Below, in pieces: positions 1-8,909 of a DNA stretch of 19,587 bases. The translations under genes and the position numbers were made by a program. Origin of the DNA: a virus (lineage: Duplodnaviria; Heunggongvirae; Uroviricota; Caudoviricetes); IMG/VR virus record IMGVR_UViG_2563366928_000013; one strand, given 5' to 3'. The first letter of the stretch is position 1, and each line of letters opens with the position of its first letter. The notes below the pieces were generated by a model, which worked only from the letters and a program-made list of their open reading frames with translations, was not told where the DNA came from and did not search any database.

Positions 1-111
1 CCGGGCAACAAGGGAGACCGTCATTCCCGGTTCAAAGCTCTGCTGAACGATAGCGATCTTTTCCTGTGTAGTACGCCGTCTGCGTTTCTCCGGCCCTAAG
101 ACATCAATCAT
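1..111 (-). CDS. insC: IS2 OrfA (InsC) transposase, N-terminal 37 codons only (partial at window edge)
   Basis: Minus-strand translation from the ATG at 109-111 gives [37 protein letters not shown], the recalled InsC N-terminus. Confidence 0.8.
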
Positions 112-204
112 CTGTTCTCCAATGACTAGTCTAAAAACTAGTATTAAGACTATCACTTATTTAAGTGATATTGGTTGTCTGGAGATTCAGGGGGCCAGTC
201 TAAG
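1..204 (-). mobile_element. IS2 insertion sequence, left-end portion; the element continues beyond the window start
   Basis: Reverse complement of 95-204 reads TAGACTGGCCCCCTGAATCTCCAGACAACCAATATCACTTAAATAAGTGATAGTCTTAATACTAGTTTTTAGACTAGTCATTGGAGAACAGATGATTGATGTC, which matches the IS2 left terminus and orfA start as I recall them. Terminus is at 204. Recognition is from memory, not a search. Confidence 0.8.
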
Positions 205-1029
205 GACGTTAAGCCACGTCACATTGACGACATGTTAAAAGGTATCGTTGACCGAGGAGCACCAACGATAGCAACAGATGTATTACGCTGGACACGCCGT
301 ATCTTTGACTATGGGATAAAACGCCACGCTCTGGAGATAAACCCTTGTTCAGCGTTTGAAGTATCTGATGCTGGTGGTAAAGAGGTTTCCCGCGACCGTT
401 GGCTAACTCGCGATGAGCTTATCAGGCTATTCGAGGCTATGCGCACCGCAAAAGGATTCAGCCGCCAGAACGAACTGACATTTAAGCTATTGCTGGCACT
501 ATGCGTTCGTAAGATGGAGTTATGCGCCGCACGATGGGAAGAGTTTGATTTAGATGGTGCGGTATGGCATTTGCCGGAAGAACGCAGCAAAAACGGAGAC
601 CCTATTGATATACCTCTACCTTCCCCAGCCGTTGAATGGTTGAGAGAGCTACACACCTTTTCATGTAATAGCGCATGGGTGCTTCCGGCCAGGAAGATGC
701 AAAACAGAATGATCCCACATATTCAGGAAAGCACTTTACCCGTAGCACTGGCTAAGGTTCGCGCCGAAATGCCGGATGTGCCTAATTTCACGATTCACGA
801 CTTCCGACGCACCGCACGTACTCATTTAGCAGCATTGGGTGTTGATCCTGTCGTGGCGGAACGATGCCTCAATCATCGCATTAAGGGCGTAGAGGGGATT
901 TATAACCGTCATCAGTATTTTGATGAGCGTAAAGCAGCACTGGCACAGTGGGCAGATCTGCTGGTGGCACTGGAAAGCGGGAAAGACTACAACGTAACGC
1001 CATTCGATAAAGCCCGGAGGCAAATGTGA
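205..1029 (+). pseudogene. int: P4-family tyrosine integrase, C-terminal ~274 codons; N-terminal part cut off by the IS2 insertion
   Basis: Catalytic-domain motifs are present (HDFRRTARTHLAALGVDPVVAERCLNH and the tyrosine region GIYNRHQY). The in-frame stop at 166-168 and codons 175-204 lie inside the IS2 end, so the ORF-track start at 175 (TTG) is an artefact. About 130 N-terminal residues are missing. Confidence 0.75.
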
Positions 1030-1676
1030 ACAACATCTTGAGAAAATCGCCAATCGAACGGCTTTGTTCATCTGTATCGATTACCCCTCATGAAATGGCT
1101 GTGGCCTTGGCTGGCCTAAACCCATCTATGCGCATTAGCGATGTGCCTGAGGAAAATTTCGAATATGTCGATTTTGTCAGAACTCATCTTGCCAGAGCTA
1201 TCAAGGTGTACAGAGGTGAAAAAACTAGTAAAGATGAGCCTTGCCATGCCCTTGATATTTTCTTAGCTTCTTACCCATTTATTGACACAAATACACCAGA
1301 AATAATTGTTCAGAAAATATCAGAAGCGATTGATGATTTGCGTGGCACCAAGGGCTGGGAAGAAAAAGCCCGAAACCTTGGAGGACTCCAGTTAGTAAAC
1401 TACATCAAAGAAACCAACCGCAGCGGACGTGGGCAGCATAGAAAGCAGGATGAGGAAAACGGGACAATGAAAATGATGGGGTTGATAGTACATCTGCTGA
1501 TAAAAAAATCAGGCTCATCTTCCTACATCCAAAATGGGAAACCTAATCGCACAGCTATATACCGTGACATAGAAACCTTAATCAAGGATGAAGGGATATC
1601 CCATAAAGGAATAGCAAAAGCCACATTCCTAGAAAAAATCTCACGGGCTTTATTAGCTGTCCACGATCTCGACTAA
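1026..1676 (+). CDS. hypothetical protein, 216 aa, translationally coupled to int
   Basis: GTG start at 1026 overlaps the int stop (1027-1029); GGAGG at 1015-1019 gives a good RBS. AT-rich codon usage differs from int. No recognisable motif. Confidence 0.5.
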   Translation: MNNILRKSPIERLCSSVSITPHEMAVALAGLNPSMRISDVPEENFEYVDFVRTHLARAIKVYRGEKTSKDEPCHALDIFLASYPFIDTNTPEIIVQKISEAIDDLRGTKGWEEKARNLGGLQLVNYIKETNRSGRGQHRKQDEENGTMKMMGLIVHLLIKKSGSSSYIQNGKPNRTAIYRDIETLIKDEGISHKGIAKATFLEKISRALLAVHDLD

Positions 1677-2146
1677 TCACTTTTCACGCCCCTCCAAAGC
1701 AATGGCGGGGCATTACCTGTTTACCCATCTCCACCAGCATAGATAATTCTCGCCTAGCTATTGCTATATCTGTTCGGCTTAGTTCATCTGTAATCACCCC
1801 ATCTCTAAAAGATACGCCAGCTATCATTAGCCATTTTAAGCCATCATGAGCCATTATAAACCGACTCAACCAATTGAATAATAAAAGATAAAAAGAAATG
1901 TAAAAACATGATGAATGACGATGAAAGATATAACTCTTTGATAAAACAATGATTTTTTAAACTGGTAACTAATTGAAAATAAAGAAAATAATTATCCCAC
2001 CTGCATTTGCAATCTTTCAGTGGATCGGTATTTTTTCAATAGATTTATAATTTCTTTCAATAGATTCTAGTCTTAATAGAAATACTGTATGGGCAACCAC
2101 TAAACTTTAAGTAACTTCATGAGCTATCAGAGAGGTTACTAGAGAT

Positions 2147-2365
2147 ATGACAGCACACAAGCCAGCATCATCAGCTATCCCAACAACTGGATACATCCGT
2201 CGCTTTCGCATGCCGGAATTGCTAGGTGTTTCACTGCCTACTATTGATAGATGGGTTAAAAATGGCACTCTTCCACGCCCAGTGAAGCTAACAGATAACG
2301 TGACTGCGTTTGATGCGGTGGAAATTAATAACTGGCTGGCAGAACGCCGCGGGAAGGTGGCCTGA
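2147..2365 (+). CDS. alpA: AlpA-family phage transcriptional regulator (72 aa)
   Basis: Size and the motif LLGVSLPTIDRWVKNGTLPRPVKL...FDAVEINNWL are typical of AlpA/Xis-like regulators of P4/CP4-57-type islands; positioned after int. Confidence 0.7.
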   Translation: MTAHKPASSAIPTTGYIRRFRMPELLGVSLPTIDRWVKNGTLPRPVKLTDNVTAFDAVEINNWLAERRGKVA

Positions 2366-2796
2366 TGGAAAAGAAAAACCGCCCATTACAGGCGGCTAAT
2401 TCAGATATTCGCGTATCTGATATTACGCCCCTTACAAAATCCCTTCAAGCACCAAAGCGCACACCGAAAAAGCATCGTGCCCGAGTCTATATGCTGCGTA
2501 CTGGTATAGAGGGATGGACAGAAAATGACATTCTTCGCTACTGCCGTCTGTCTTCTGGTCGTAACTATGCAACAGAGTTAGAACGCCAGCTTGGAATCAC
2601 TCTGGAGCGTATCGACGAAAAGAATCCTGATGGTATCGGAACACACCTTCGCTACCGTTTCTCCTGCCGTGGTGATGTTCTGAAAGTGATCACTCATGTT
2701 AACCATCTTGCGAACATAAATGATCACAACGGACTTTCTCAGCAGGAAATTGCCGACATTCTGAAACTCTACCCGGACGCGTTTAACGCCGCCTAA
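2365..2796 (+). CDS. hypothetical protein, 143 aa
   Basis: ATG at 2365 overlaps the alpA stop (TGATG); RBS-like GGAAGGTGG upstream. No recognisable motif. Confidence 0.5.
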   Translation: MEKKNRPLQAANSDIRVSDITPLTKSLQAPKRTPKKHRARVYMLRTGIEGWTENDILRYCRLSSGRNYATELERQLGITLERIDEKNPDGIGTHLRYRFSCRGDVLKVITHVNHLANINDHNGLSQQEIADILKLYPDAFNAA

Positions 2797-2808
2797 CGGA
2801 GACTGAAA

Positions 2809-3642
2809 ATGAACATCGAAAAAAGCAGATTAATTTCTGAGGCCGCCCCTCATCTGAACGCCTCTCTGGGCACAATTAACGGTAATGAATTTGCCGCAAT
2901 TGTCCCGGTTATTTCTGGTCATATAGGTGGGCGTGAAACCAATATTGTTAGCGCAAAAGCGTTACACAAAGCGTTGGGCGTGGGAAAAGACTTCTCTACA
3001 TGGATCACTGATCGCATCTCTGAATATGACTTCACCATTGGGCACGATTACTCAGTCCATAAAACAATTTCCCCAAATTTGGGGAAAAGCCCGAATGGCG
3101 CGGCTTACAGCAAGATTAAGCACTCTGGCAGACCCGGCAAAGACTATCTGTTAAGTGTCGGAATGGCGAAAGAACTGGCAATGATCGAACGCAATGATCA
3201 GGGTCGCGCTATCCGTCGTTATTTCATCCAGTGCGAGGAAGAATTACAGCGTAGCGTTCCTGAAATCGCCGCCCGCTATCGTCGCCAGCTAAAAGCCCGT
3301 ATCAGTGCCGCAAACAACTTTAAGCCAATGTGCGATGCGCTGAACATGGCCCGTGCCGAGCAGGGGAAAACGACGCAGCAACACCACTACACAAACGAGA
3401 GCAATATGATTTCTCGTATCGTTCTTGGTGGGCTAACTGCTAAGCAGTGGGCGCGGATAAATGGCTATTCTGGCGAACCTCGCGACCATATGAACGCAGA
3501 ACAGCTTGAGCACCTCTCATATCTCGAAAGCACCAATATCACGTTAATTGATATGGGCATGGAATATGGGCAGCGCAAAGGAGAACTCACCCGCCTGTCG
3601 CAACGCTGGCTCGCCAAGCGTCTGGAGGCGGTCCATGTTTAA
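2809..3642 (+). CDS. phage antirepressor, AntA-like N-terminal domain plus KilAC/AntB-like C-terminal domain
   Basis: N-terminal VSAKALHKALGVGKDFSTWITDRISEYDFTIGHDY and C-terminal DYLLSVGMAKELAMIERNDQGRAIRRYFIQCEEEL resemble the AntA and KilA-C antirepressor domains from memory. GGAG RBS 9 nt upstream. Confidence 0.6.
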   Translation: MNIEKSRLISEAAPHLNASLGTINGNEFAAIVPVISGHIGGRETNIVSAKALHKALGVGKDFSTWITDRISEYDFTIGHDYSVHKTISPNLGKSPNGAAYSKIKHSGRPGKDYLLSVGMAKELAMIERNDQGRAIRRYFIQCEEELQRSVPEIAARYRRQLKARISAANNFKPMCDALNMARAEQGKTTQQHHYTNESNMISRIVLGGLTAKQWARINGYSGEPRDHMNAEQLEHLSYLESTNITLIDMGMEYGQRKGELTRLSQRWLAKRLEAVHV

Positions 3643-3817
3643 GCCGACAGGAACATCACAACCACAAAAACGCTACAAAGGTGCCCACGGAGCACTCGTT
3701 ACTGTCGAAAGCGTGTCTCACAACCGAGTGACGTTTTATCGCGACGGGTATCAATCGCCATGCGTACAACCGCTGGCACGTTTCATGAAGGAGTTCGCGG
3801 AGGTTAACAAATGCTAA
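3635..3817 (+). CDS. small hypothetical protein, 60 aa
   Basis: ATG at 3635 overlaps the antirepressor stop (ATGTTTAA), suggesting coupling. The longer ORF-track call from 3548 lies inside the antirepressor and is unlikely. Confidence 0.4.
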   Translation: MFKPTGTSQPQKRYKGAHGALVTVESVSHNRVTFYRDGYQSPCVQPLARFMKEFAEVNKC

Positions 3818-4878
3818 CCGTCCAGAAGAAGATATTTTCACTGGCTGGTATGTCGCCAAAATCCAGCAATATGACAGCAAAGTCAGGCATTAATACAGCA
3901 GATACAAGCAAAGTTTGTCATTTGCTGGTGGTAGGAGCGGATGCCTTAACCATGTCAGAAATTACGGTCGATGGTGTTAGCGTTGAGAAGGTCAGCGGCT
4001 GCGCCAGAGAATTTCTGGTCGTAGATGGCTTTCTCTTCTCGCGTAGTGACTCCACAAAAACCTTCGTCCATGCGCGTGACGTTAACGAAATGAGCGCGAT
4101 GTATTGTGCATCTGGTTCTTCCAATAGTGAGTTTTCGGAGTCCATAAAAAAGAGCTTGCCGTTATGCGGCAACACGGTTTATGGTTATAAGGCACCTCAT
4201 AAAACGGGTGCCGGGATTGGCGTCCTGAAAATTCGAAAGGCGACATATGACGCGCCGAGCGTCTTTTTTTATGTCGTAGGTCTGACTCACCCATTTTTTG
4301 GGCGTTGGTGTATAATCCAGCGCCTTTGTCAATCAATGGTGGCTCAGGCGGGGGCTTCTTCGGAAGCGCCGGTATCCTTCAGAGCCGGTTACGCCAACCC
4401 TGTCTGGGCTACCACCAGCGAAATTGGCGTTTCCGGTGGTAGCGTAACCCGCTATCTGAAGGAGGCTGCCACATGCTGGCTACTACCCCTACCCAAAAAC
4501 CGCAATTTATCTGGATTATCGCCGCAGTTCGCCGCGATTGCCCGACAATTACCGCCAAAATTCATCATATTGCTGCCGAGTCTGAACGCGATGCTCGCCG
4601 TTCTCTGGTGCACGATCACATCTGCTTTTTTGCTGGTCGTATCCGCATGGAGGTGGCACATGATTAAAACCTACGATGTGCATATGGACCCCCTCGAACG
4701 CACAAGCCAGATCATCACACTGACAGAAGTGATTAACGACATTCTGGTGAGCAACTCTCCCTTACGAGACGAAAGACTGAAGGCGTTACTCGCGATATTG
4801 GATCTCGCCGTTCGTGACGTTCATTTCCTGCTGGAAGGTGGCGAAATGCCAGTAAAAACGGGGGCAACCAATGAATAA
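3811..4878 (+). CDS. long open frame (355 codons) of uncertain validity; may be a real gene or a read-through across separate units
   Basis: A 356-codon stop-free frame is statistically unlikely by chance. Against it: a terminator-like hairpin plus T7 at 4249-4270 and a TATAAT at 4311-4316 sit inside it, and a strong GGAGGTG RBS precedes an internal ATG at 4660. Confidence 0.3.
   Translation: MLTVQKKIFSLAGMSPKSSNMTAKSGINTADTSKVCHLLVVGADALTMSEITVDGVSVEKVSGCAREFLVVDGFLFSRSDSTKTFVHARDVNEMSAMYCASGSSNSEFSESIKKSLPLCGNTVYGYKAPHKTGAGIGVLKIRKATYDAPSVFFYVVGLTHPFFGRWCIIQRLCQSMVAQAGASSEAPVSFRAGYANPVWATTSEIGVSGGSVTRYLKEAATCWLLPLPKNRNLSGLSPQFAAIARQLPPKFIILLPSLNAMLAVLWCTITSAFLLVVSAWRWHMIKTYDVHMDPLERTSQIITLTEVINDILVSNSPLRDERLKALLAILDLAVRDVHFLLEGGEMPVKTGATNE
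4249..4270 (+). terminator. candidate intrinsic terminator (5-bp GC stem, 5-nt loop, T7 run)
   Basis: GACGC-GCCGA-GCGTC followed by TTTTTTT, read directly from the sequence. Confidence 0.35.
4473..4667 (+). CDS. small hypothetical protein, 64 aa; alternative to the long 3811 frame
   Basis: GGAGG at 4461-4465 with 7-nt spacing to the ATG; stop overlaps the ATG at 4660 of the next small ORF. Could be spurious. Confidence 0.3.
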   Translation: MLATTPTQKPQFIWIIAAVRRDCPTITAKIHHIAAESERDARRSLVHDHICFFAGRIRMEVAHD

Positions 4879-5065
4879 CTCAATTAATACTCCTCGCCTT
4901 ACGTCCGCACTTCAATTAATCGAGCAAGCAGCGGCTGTCCTGGTTGCTGTCAGTCTTTCGGCTGAAGAAATGGACGCTGCTGATGTCGTGGATGCGATTA
5001 AAGCGTGCTCATCTTTGGTTAACGATGCCCGTGCCGAGCTGGTAATTCTTGGGGGTGAAAAATGA
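4871..5065 (+). CDS. small hypothetical protein, 64 aa, in the coupled chain upstream of the primase
   Basis: Start overlaps the preceding stop at 4876-4878 and its stop overlaps the next start (ATGA at 5062). Confidence 0.45.
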   Translation: MNNSINTPRLTSALQLIEQAAAVLVAVSLSAEEMDAADVVDAIKACSSLVNDARAELVILGGEK

Positions 5066-5325
5066 ATATCAACTTAATTTATCGTCATCCGTGTGAGCTG
5101 GAAATTGAATCATTGCTGGGGCGCGAAGAGCCATATCCAGACACATTCACTCCCGCAGATTGCGCGACTGAACGGCTTACCAGAGCGCGCACAGGTCTGG
5201 TTCATGTGATGAATGAGATTGTTCCCTCGGTGGGAGGGGAACAGGCGACAGTAATCAATAGCTGGCTACAAAAAGTTACCTCCCTGATAGATATCGGTTT
5301 AATCGATGTGGAGAGTGCGAAATGA
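5062..5325 (+). CDS. small hypothetical protein, 87 aa, translationally coupled
   Basis: ATGA overlaps at both ends (5062-5065 and 5322-5325); RBS-like GGGGGTGA upstream. Confidence 0.5.
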   Translation: MNINLIYRHPCELEIESLLGREEPYPDTFTPADCATERLTRARTGLVHVMNEIVPSVGGEQATVINSWLQKVTSLIDIGLIDVESAK

Positions 5326-5543
5326 CCAACATCCAGCTCATTGAAGCGCAATGTCGCATCGAACAGGTTCAGACTGTTTTAGGGTTCTGGCTTGAAGGGG
5401 CCAGCCCCAGCAACAGAGACAAGTTAATGATTGGCGCGGTTATGTCACTGCTCAATGGCGTACCAGAAGCTATTCAGGAAGCGGACGAATTGTTGGGCAA
5501 ATATGAGTTACAGAATCATTCAGGCGAGGCGAAACATGAATAA
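5322..5543 (+). CDS. small hypothetical protein, 73 aa, translationally coupled
   Basis: ATGA overlap with the upstream gene; its stop at 5541-5543 overlaps the next start. Confidence 0.5.
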   Translation: MTNIQLIEAQCRIEQVQTVLGFWLEGASPSNRDKLMIGAVMSLLNGVPEAIQEADELLGKYELQNHSGEAKHE

Positions 5544-6138
5544 TTTCTTAACTTTCCATGCAGAAGCAACGCCTGACGGCGTAAACATCATGTACCGCAG
5601 CAACGATGGCATGACAGAACGCGTTGAGGCCGTCTCATATATTGATGCCGTAAATCGTCTGGATGCCGGGGATTATGACGATAAACCAGATGAAGGCATG
5701 TTTATACATCTCGCTATTGCCAGTGGCGGCAACCAGGGATATTTCGATTACACATCACAGCATCACGTGATTATGTGGCGCTGGCTGATAGCAACAGCAT
5801 TCATCAATGAAATGAGAAAGGAAAACGGCACCGTCAGCATTATTGATGACAGTGGCAATCATTCCGTGGTTTCTGTTTATTCCAATGGCATCGTCGCCAT
5901 GCCGCTGTATCCAGTAGCAGAGCGCCTCGCTATGGCAAACAACATTGAGGGCGCAATGATCGAGAAATATGGTGTTGATGTCGGAACAAAGAATGCCATC
6001 ATTTTTTACAGCAACATGTTCGATGTCGAACAGGGAACACTCACTTCGTTTGGGCGAGAAGTGCTTGCCGATCTTCACAACAGCTTTATTGCCGAACTAA
6101 ACGAAAACGGCATCCCAGAAGCACCAGTGACGCACTAA
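5536..6138 (+). CDS. hypothetical protein, about 200 aa, immediately upstream of the primase
   Basis: ATG at 5536 overlaps the previous stop (ATGAATAA); it is in frame with the ORF-track call 5431-6138 but the coupled ATG is the more likely start. Confidence 0.5.
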   Translation: MNNFLTFHAEATPDGVNIMYRSNDGMTERVEAVSYIDAVNRLDAGDYDDKPDEGMFIHLAIASGGNQGYFDYTSQHHVIMWRWLIATAFINEMRKENGTVSIIDDSGNHSVVSVYSNGIVAMPLYPVAERLAMANNIEGAMIEKYGVDVGTKNAIIFYSNMFDVEQGTLTSFGREVLADLHNSFIAELNENGIPEAPVTH

Positions 6139-6150
6139 ACGGGGGCCAGA

Positions 6151-8502
6151 ATGCGAAACATTGATCTTATCCGTCAGGTTATCAGTGCGTCTGAAAACAA
6201 CTGGCCTCATGTGCTGGGCTGCCTGAACATAAATGTCCCTGACTCTCCGCGCCGTCATGCTCCCTGCCCTGCATGTGGGGGCAAAGATCGATTCCGGTTC
6301 GATGACAACGGGCGCGGTAGCTTCATCTGTAATCAGTGCGGCGCTGGTGATGGGCTGGATTTAATTAAACGCGTAAATAACTGCGACACAACAGAGGCGG
6401 CGCTTCTTGCCGCTGATGTTCTGGGTATTGATTACCGGACAACGGAAACACCAGAAGCCACCAGCCAGAAACGGGAACAACTGGAAACCGAGCGCCAGCG
6501 ACGCGAACAGGAGCGCCTGAAAAGGGCAGAGAAGGACGAACAACAAAGACGGGATACGTTTTCCCGTCAGTTTGATGACATGCGCAGAAAGGCTGTAAAC
6601 GGCAAATCTGATTATCTGGTTGCGAAAGGGGTAGGTGATTTTACATTCCCCGTGTTGCCCGATGGATCTCTGTTGCTGGCGCTGGTGGATAAATCCGGCG
6701 CAGTCACAGCAGCACAGACTATTACCTCACATGGTGAAAAAAGACTCCTGACAGGTTCGGCAAAGCGGGGGGCATATCACGCCATAAACGCACAGAAACG
6801 ACCTCACAGCATCATAATTGCTGAGGGGGTGGCTACCGCCCTGTCGTGCCATTTAATTCGCCCTGACGCAATGACAGTGGCAGCAATCGACGCTGGCAAC
6901 CTGTTGCCAGTAGCGGAAGTCATGCGCAGAACATATCCGCAGGCACAAATCATCATTGCCGCAGATAACGATCACCAGCAAGGAGACTCAGAAAGTGGAG
7001 GGATCAACACGGGGAAAGATGCCGCAGAGAGGGCCGCTATTTCCGTAGCTGGCAGGGTGTCTCTGCCACCGACTGACTATAAAGCCGACTGGAACGACTA
7101 TCACCAACAACACGGGCTGGCGGCAGCCACAGCAGCATTTAAAGATTCGATGTACCAGCCACGGGGGAAAGGGGCGCAGGTGAAAAATCACAAACAGTCA
7201 GTCGGGGCGCTGAATGAGATCAGTTCTGGCGAGGTGTTAAGCGATGATGAAATTGCTGTCCTCGAAGAAATCAACCGGACGTTTACGCATGTCACCATCG
7301 GCGGGAAACACAAGGTGGTGTCGCTAAAGCCTTCTCAAACCGGCGGTGTATCGCACGTTTTCGAGGATTTATCACAATTTCAGCATTATTTTCATCATAA
7401 ACCGAGAGTCGCCAGAAAGCTGGCGGGATCGGCGTGGCTGTCATGGAGTGGGAAGAACTACAAGCCAGGAGGCGTAGGATTTTATCCAGTACCAGACAAA
7501 TGCCCTGACGATGTTTTTAATCTGTATGAGGGGCTGGCACTGGAACCAATTGAAGGAGATTGCACGGTATACCTTAATCACCTGTTGCAGGTTGTCTGTG
7601 CCGGTAATGAAGAGGCATACCAATATCTTATCCAGTGGATGGCGCACATTATCCAAAAGCCTGATGAAAAACCGTCCGTGGCAATCGTGATGAAATCTGT
7701 CCCGGGCACAGGGAAAGGCACAACGGTTAAACCGCTGCTGCAAATACTGGGGCAGTACGCCGCCCACATTAACGGGGCGGGACATATTTCAGGGCGCTTC
7801 AATTCAATACTTGCTAACAAGCTACTGGTATTTGCTGACGAAGTGACGATCCACAAGCCGTCTGAAGCTGACAGACTTAAAGCGATTATTAGCGAACCGA
7901 CGTTTAACCTTGAGCGCAAGGGAATTGATGCTGAACCAATGCCGAATTTTGCCCGGTTGATATTTGCCAGTAACAGCACACAGGTATTACAGGCAGGGAT
8001 AAGAGAGCGTCGCTATCTCGTGCTTGAGCCATCTCCTGAAAAAGCACAGAGCCGGGAGTATTTTGATCGGCTGTACAGTTGGCTTAATGATGGCGGTGCC
8101 GCAAAGTTGCTTTGGCATCTTAAAGGGGTGGATCTCTCAGGTTTTGACCCTCAACGAGCGCCACAGACCGATGCCTTACGTGAAGAAATCTTGCTGGGGC
8201 TGTCTGGCGTTGAATTGTTTCTTTATGGCGAGCTAATCAATGAACCTCCGTTTAATGGCGAAGTCCGTTTGTTTGCAAAGGATATGGTTAGTCGGTTTGT
8301 AGCGTGGTCGCTTGAGCGTGGGGAAAAGCTTAAAGAACCAGCTGCCAGATCACTACTGGGTAAATCACTTGCACAAATGGGGCTGGTGAAGCATGGAAGA
8401 CCAGACCGAGGGAATGGCGTGTTCTACGAACTACCAGAGGTCGGAGTTCTACAGGCTGCGTTTGCCCGTCTGATCGGTATGGGGGGTTATGATGTTTTTT
8501 AA
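6151..8502 (+). CDS. P4 alpha-type bifunctional primase-helicase (783 aa)
   Basis: N-terminal zinc-binding CPACGGKDRFRF...CNQCGAGDG, a TOPRIM-like IIAEGVATALS...DND segment, and a C-terminal P-loop NTPase with Walker A VPGTGKGTT and Walker B LLVFADEV. RBS GGGGG 6 nt before the ATG. Confidence 0.85.
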   Translation: MRNIDLIRQVISASENNWPHVLGCLNINVPDSPRRHAPCPACGGKDRFRFDDNGRGSFICNQCGAGDGLDLIKRVNNCDTTEAALLAADVLGIDYRTTETPEATSQKREQLETERQRREQERLKRAEKDEQQRRDTFSRQFDDMRRKAVNGKSDYLVAKGVGDFTFPVLPDGSLLLALVDKSGAVTAAQTITSHGEKRLLTGSAKRGAYHAINAQKRPHSIIIAEGVATALSCHLIRPDAMTVAAIDAGNLLPVAEVMRRTYPQAQIIIAADNDHQQGDSESGGINTGKDAAERAAISVAGRVSLPPTDYKADWNDYHQQHGLAAATAAFKDSMYQPRGKGAQVKNHKQSVGALNEISSGEVLSDDEIAVLEEINRTFTHVTIGGKHKVVSLKPSQTGGVSHVFEDLSQFQHYFHHKPRVARKLAGSAWLSWSGKNYKPGGVGFYPVPDKCPDDVFNLYEGLALEPIEGDCTVYLNHLLQVVCAGNEEAYQYLIQWMAHIIQKPDEKPSVAIVMKSVPGTGKGTTVKPLLQILGQYAAHINGAGHISGRFNSILANKLLVFADEVTIHKPSEADRLKAIISEPTFNLERKGIDAEPMPNFARLIFASNSTQVLQAGIRERRYLVLEPSPEKAQSREYFDRLYSWLNDGGAAKLLWHLKGVDLSGFDPQRAPQTDALREEILLGLSGVELFLYGELINEPPFNGEVRLFAKDMVSRFVAWSLERGEKLKEPAARSLLGKSLAQMGLVKHGRPDRGNGVFYELPEVGVLQAAFARLIGMGGYDVF

Positions 8503-8531
8503 TATAGTCTTTTTACAAGAAGATCGTTTTT

Positions 8532-8635
8532 ACCTGTACCACCTATACCACTTTGCTAATTCATCATTAAAAACAATGTGTTATAGTGGTACAGGTCAAT
8601 ATCTTACCTATACCAGACCTGTACCACCTATACCA
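8532..8635. repeat. iteron cluster 1 just downstream of the primase: ACCTGTACCACCTATACCA twice direct (8532-8550, 8617-8635) plus an inverted core TGGTACAGGT (8587-8596)
   Basis: Exact repeats read from the sequence, in non-coding DNA at the primase 3' end; candidate ori-like site. Confidence 0.6.
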
Positions 8636-8678
8636 TTAACAAACGCATTTCTTCTGGCTGGCTGAGAGGGAACAACCA

Positions 8679-8909
8679 ATGATGAGCACACCATTTTACA
8701 AAGTGCGCCAGTTAGCTTCTTCCTCTGGCTGGCAGCTACGGTTTGAGGGGCGTTCAGACTGGCTACCCATTGCGGCATGGGCGAATGTTGAAATGTGTAT
8801 TGACGGCGATACCGTTGAAATCATTATTCCCTGCGTGGCAAGTCGGGACGGCTGTATAGAGCCAACAGATATGGCAGCAGAAATCAGAGAGGTAAAACAT
8901 GAGCAATAA
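8679..8909 (+). CDS. hypothetical protein, 76 aa
   Basis: RBS GAGAGGGA upstream; overlaps the next gene by 11 nt. Confidence 0.45.
   Translation: MMSTPFYKVRQLASSSGWQLRFEGRSDWLPIAAWANVEMCIDGDTVEIIIPCVASRDGCIEPTDMAAEIREVKHEQ

Noticed and set aside
175-204. First ten codons of the ORF-track integrase (MSGDSGGQSK from a TTG start)
   Set aside because: These bases belong to the IS2 terminus; the open frame is fortuitous.
309-1071. Minus-strand ORFs 309-656 and 826-1071 inside the integrase
   Set aside because: Antisense to a motif-supported gene; Ser/Arg-rich low-complexity translations.
1684-1869. Minus-strand 61-aa ORF in the int-alpA intergenic region
   Set aside because: No RBS and sits in an AT-rich promoter-like region, though a small divergent regulator here cannot be excluded.
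6361-7979. Minus-strand ORFs inside the primase (6361-6546, 6988-7191, 7441-7785, 7578-7979)
   Set aside because: Antisense to the primase-helicase, which has clear motifs; no RBS.
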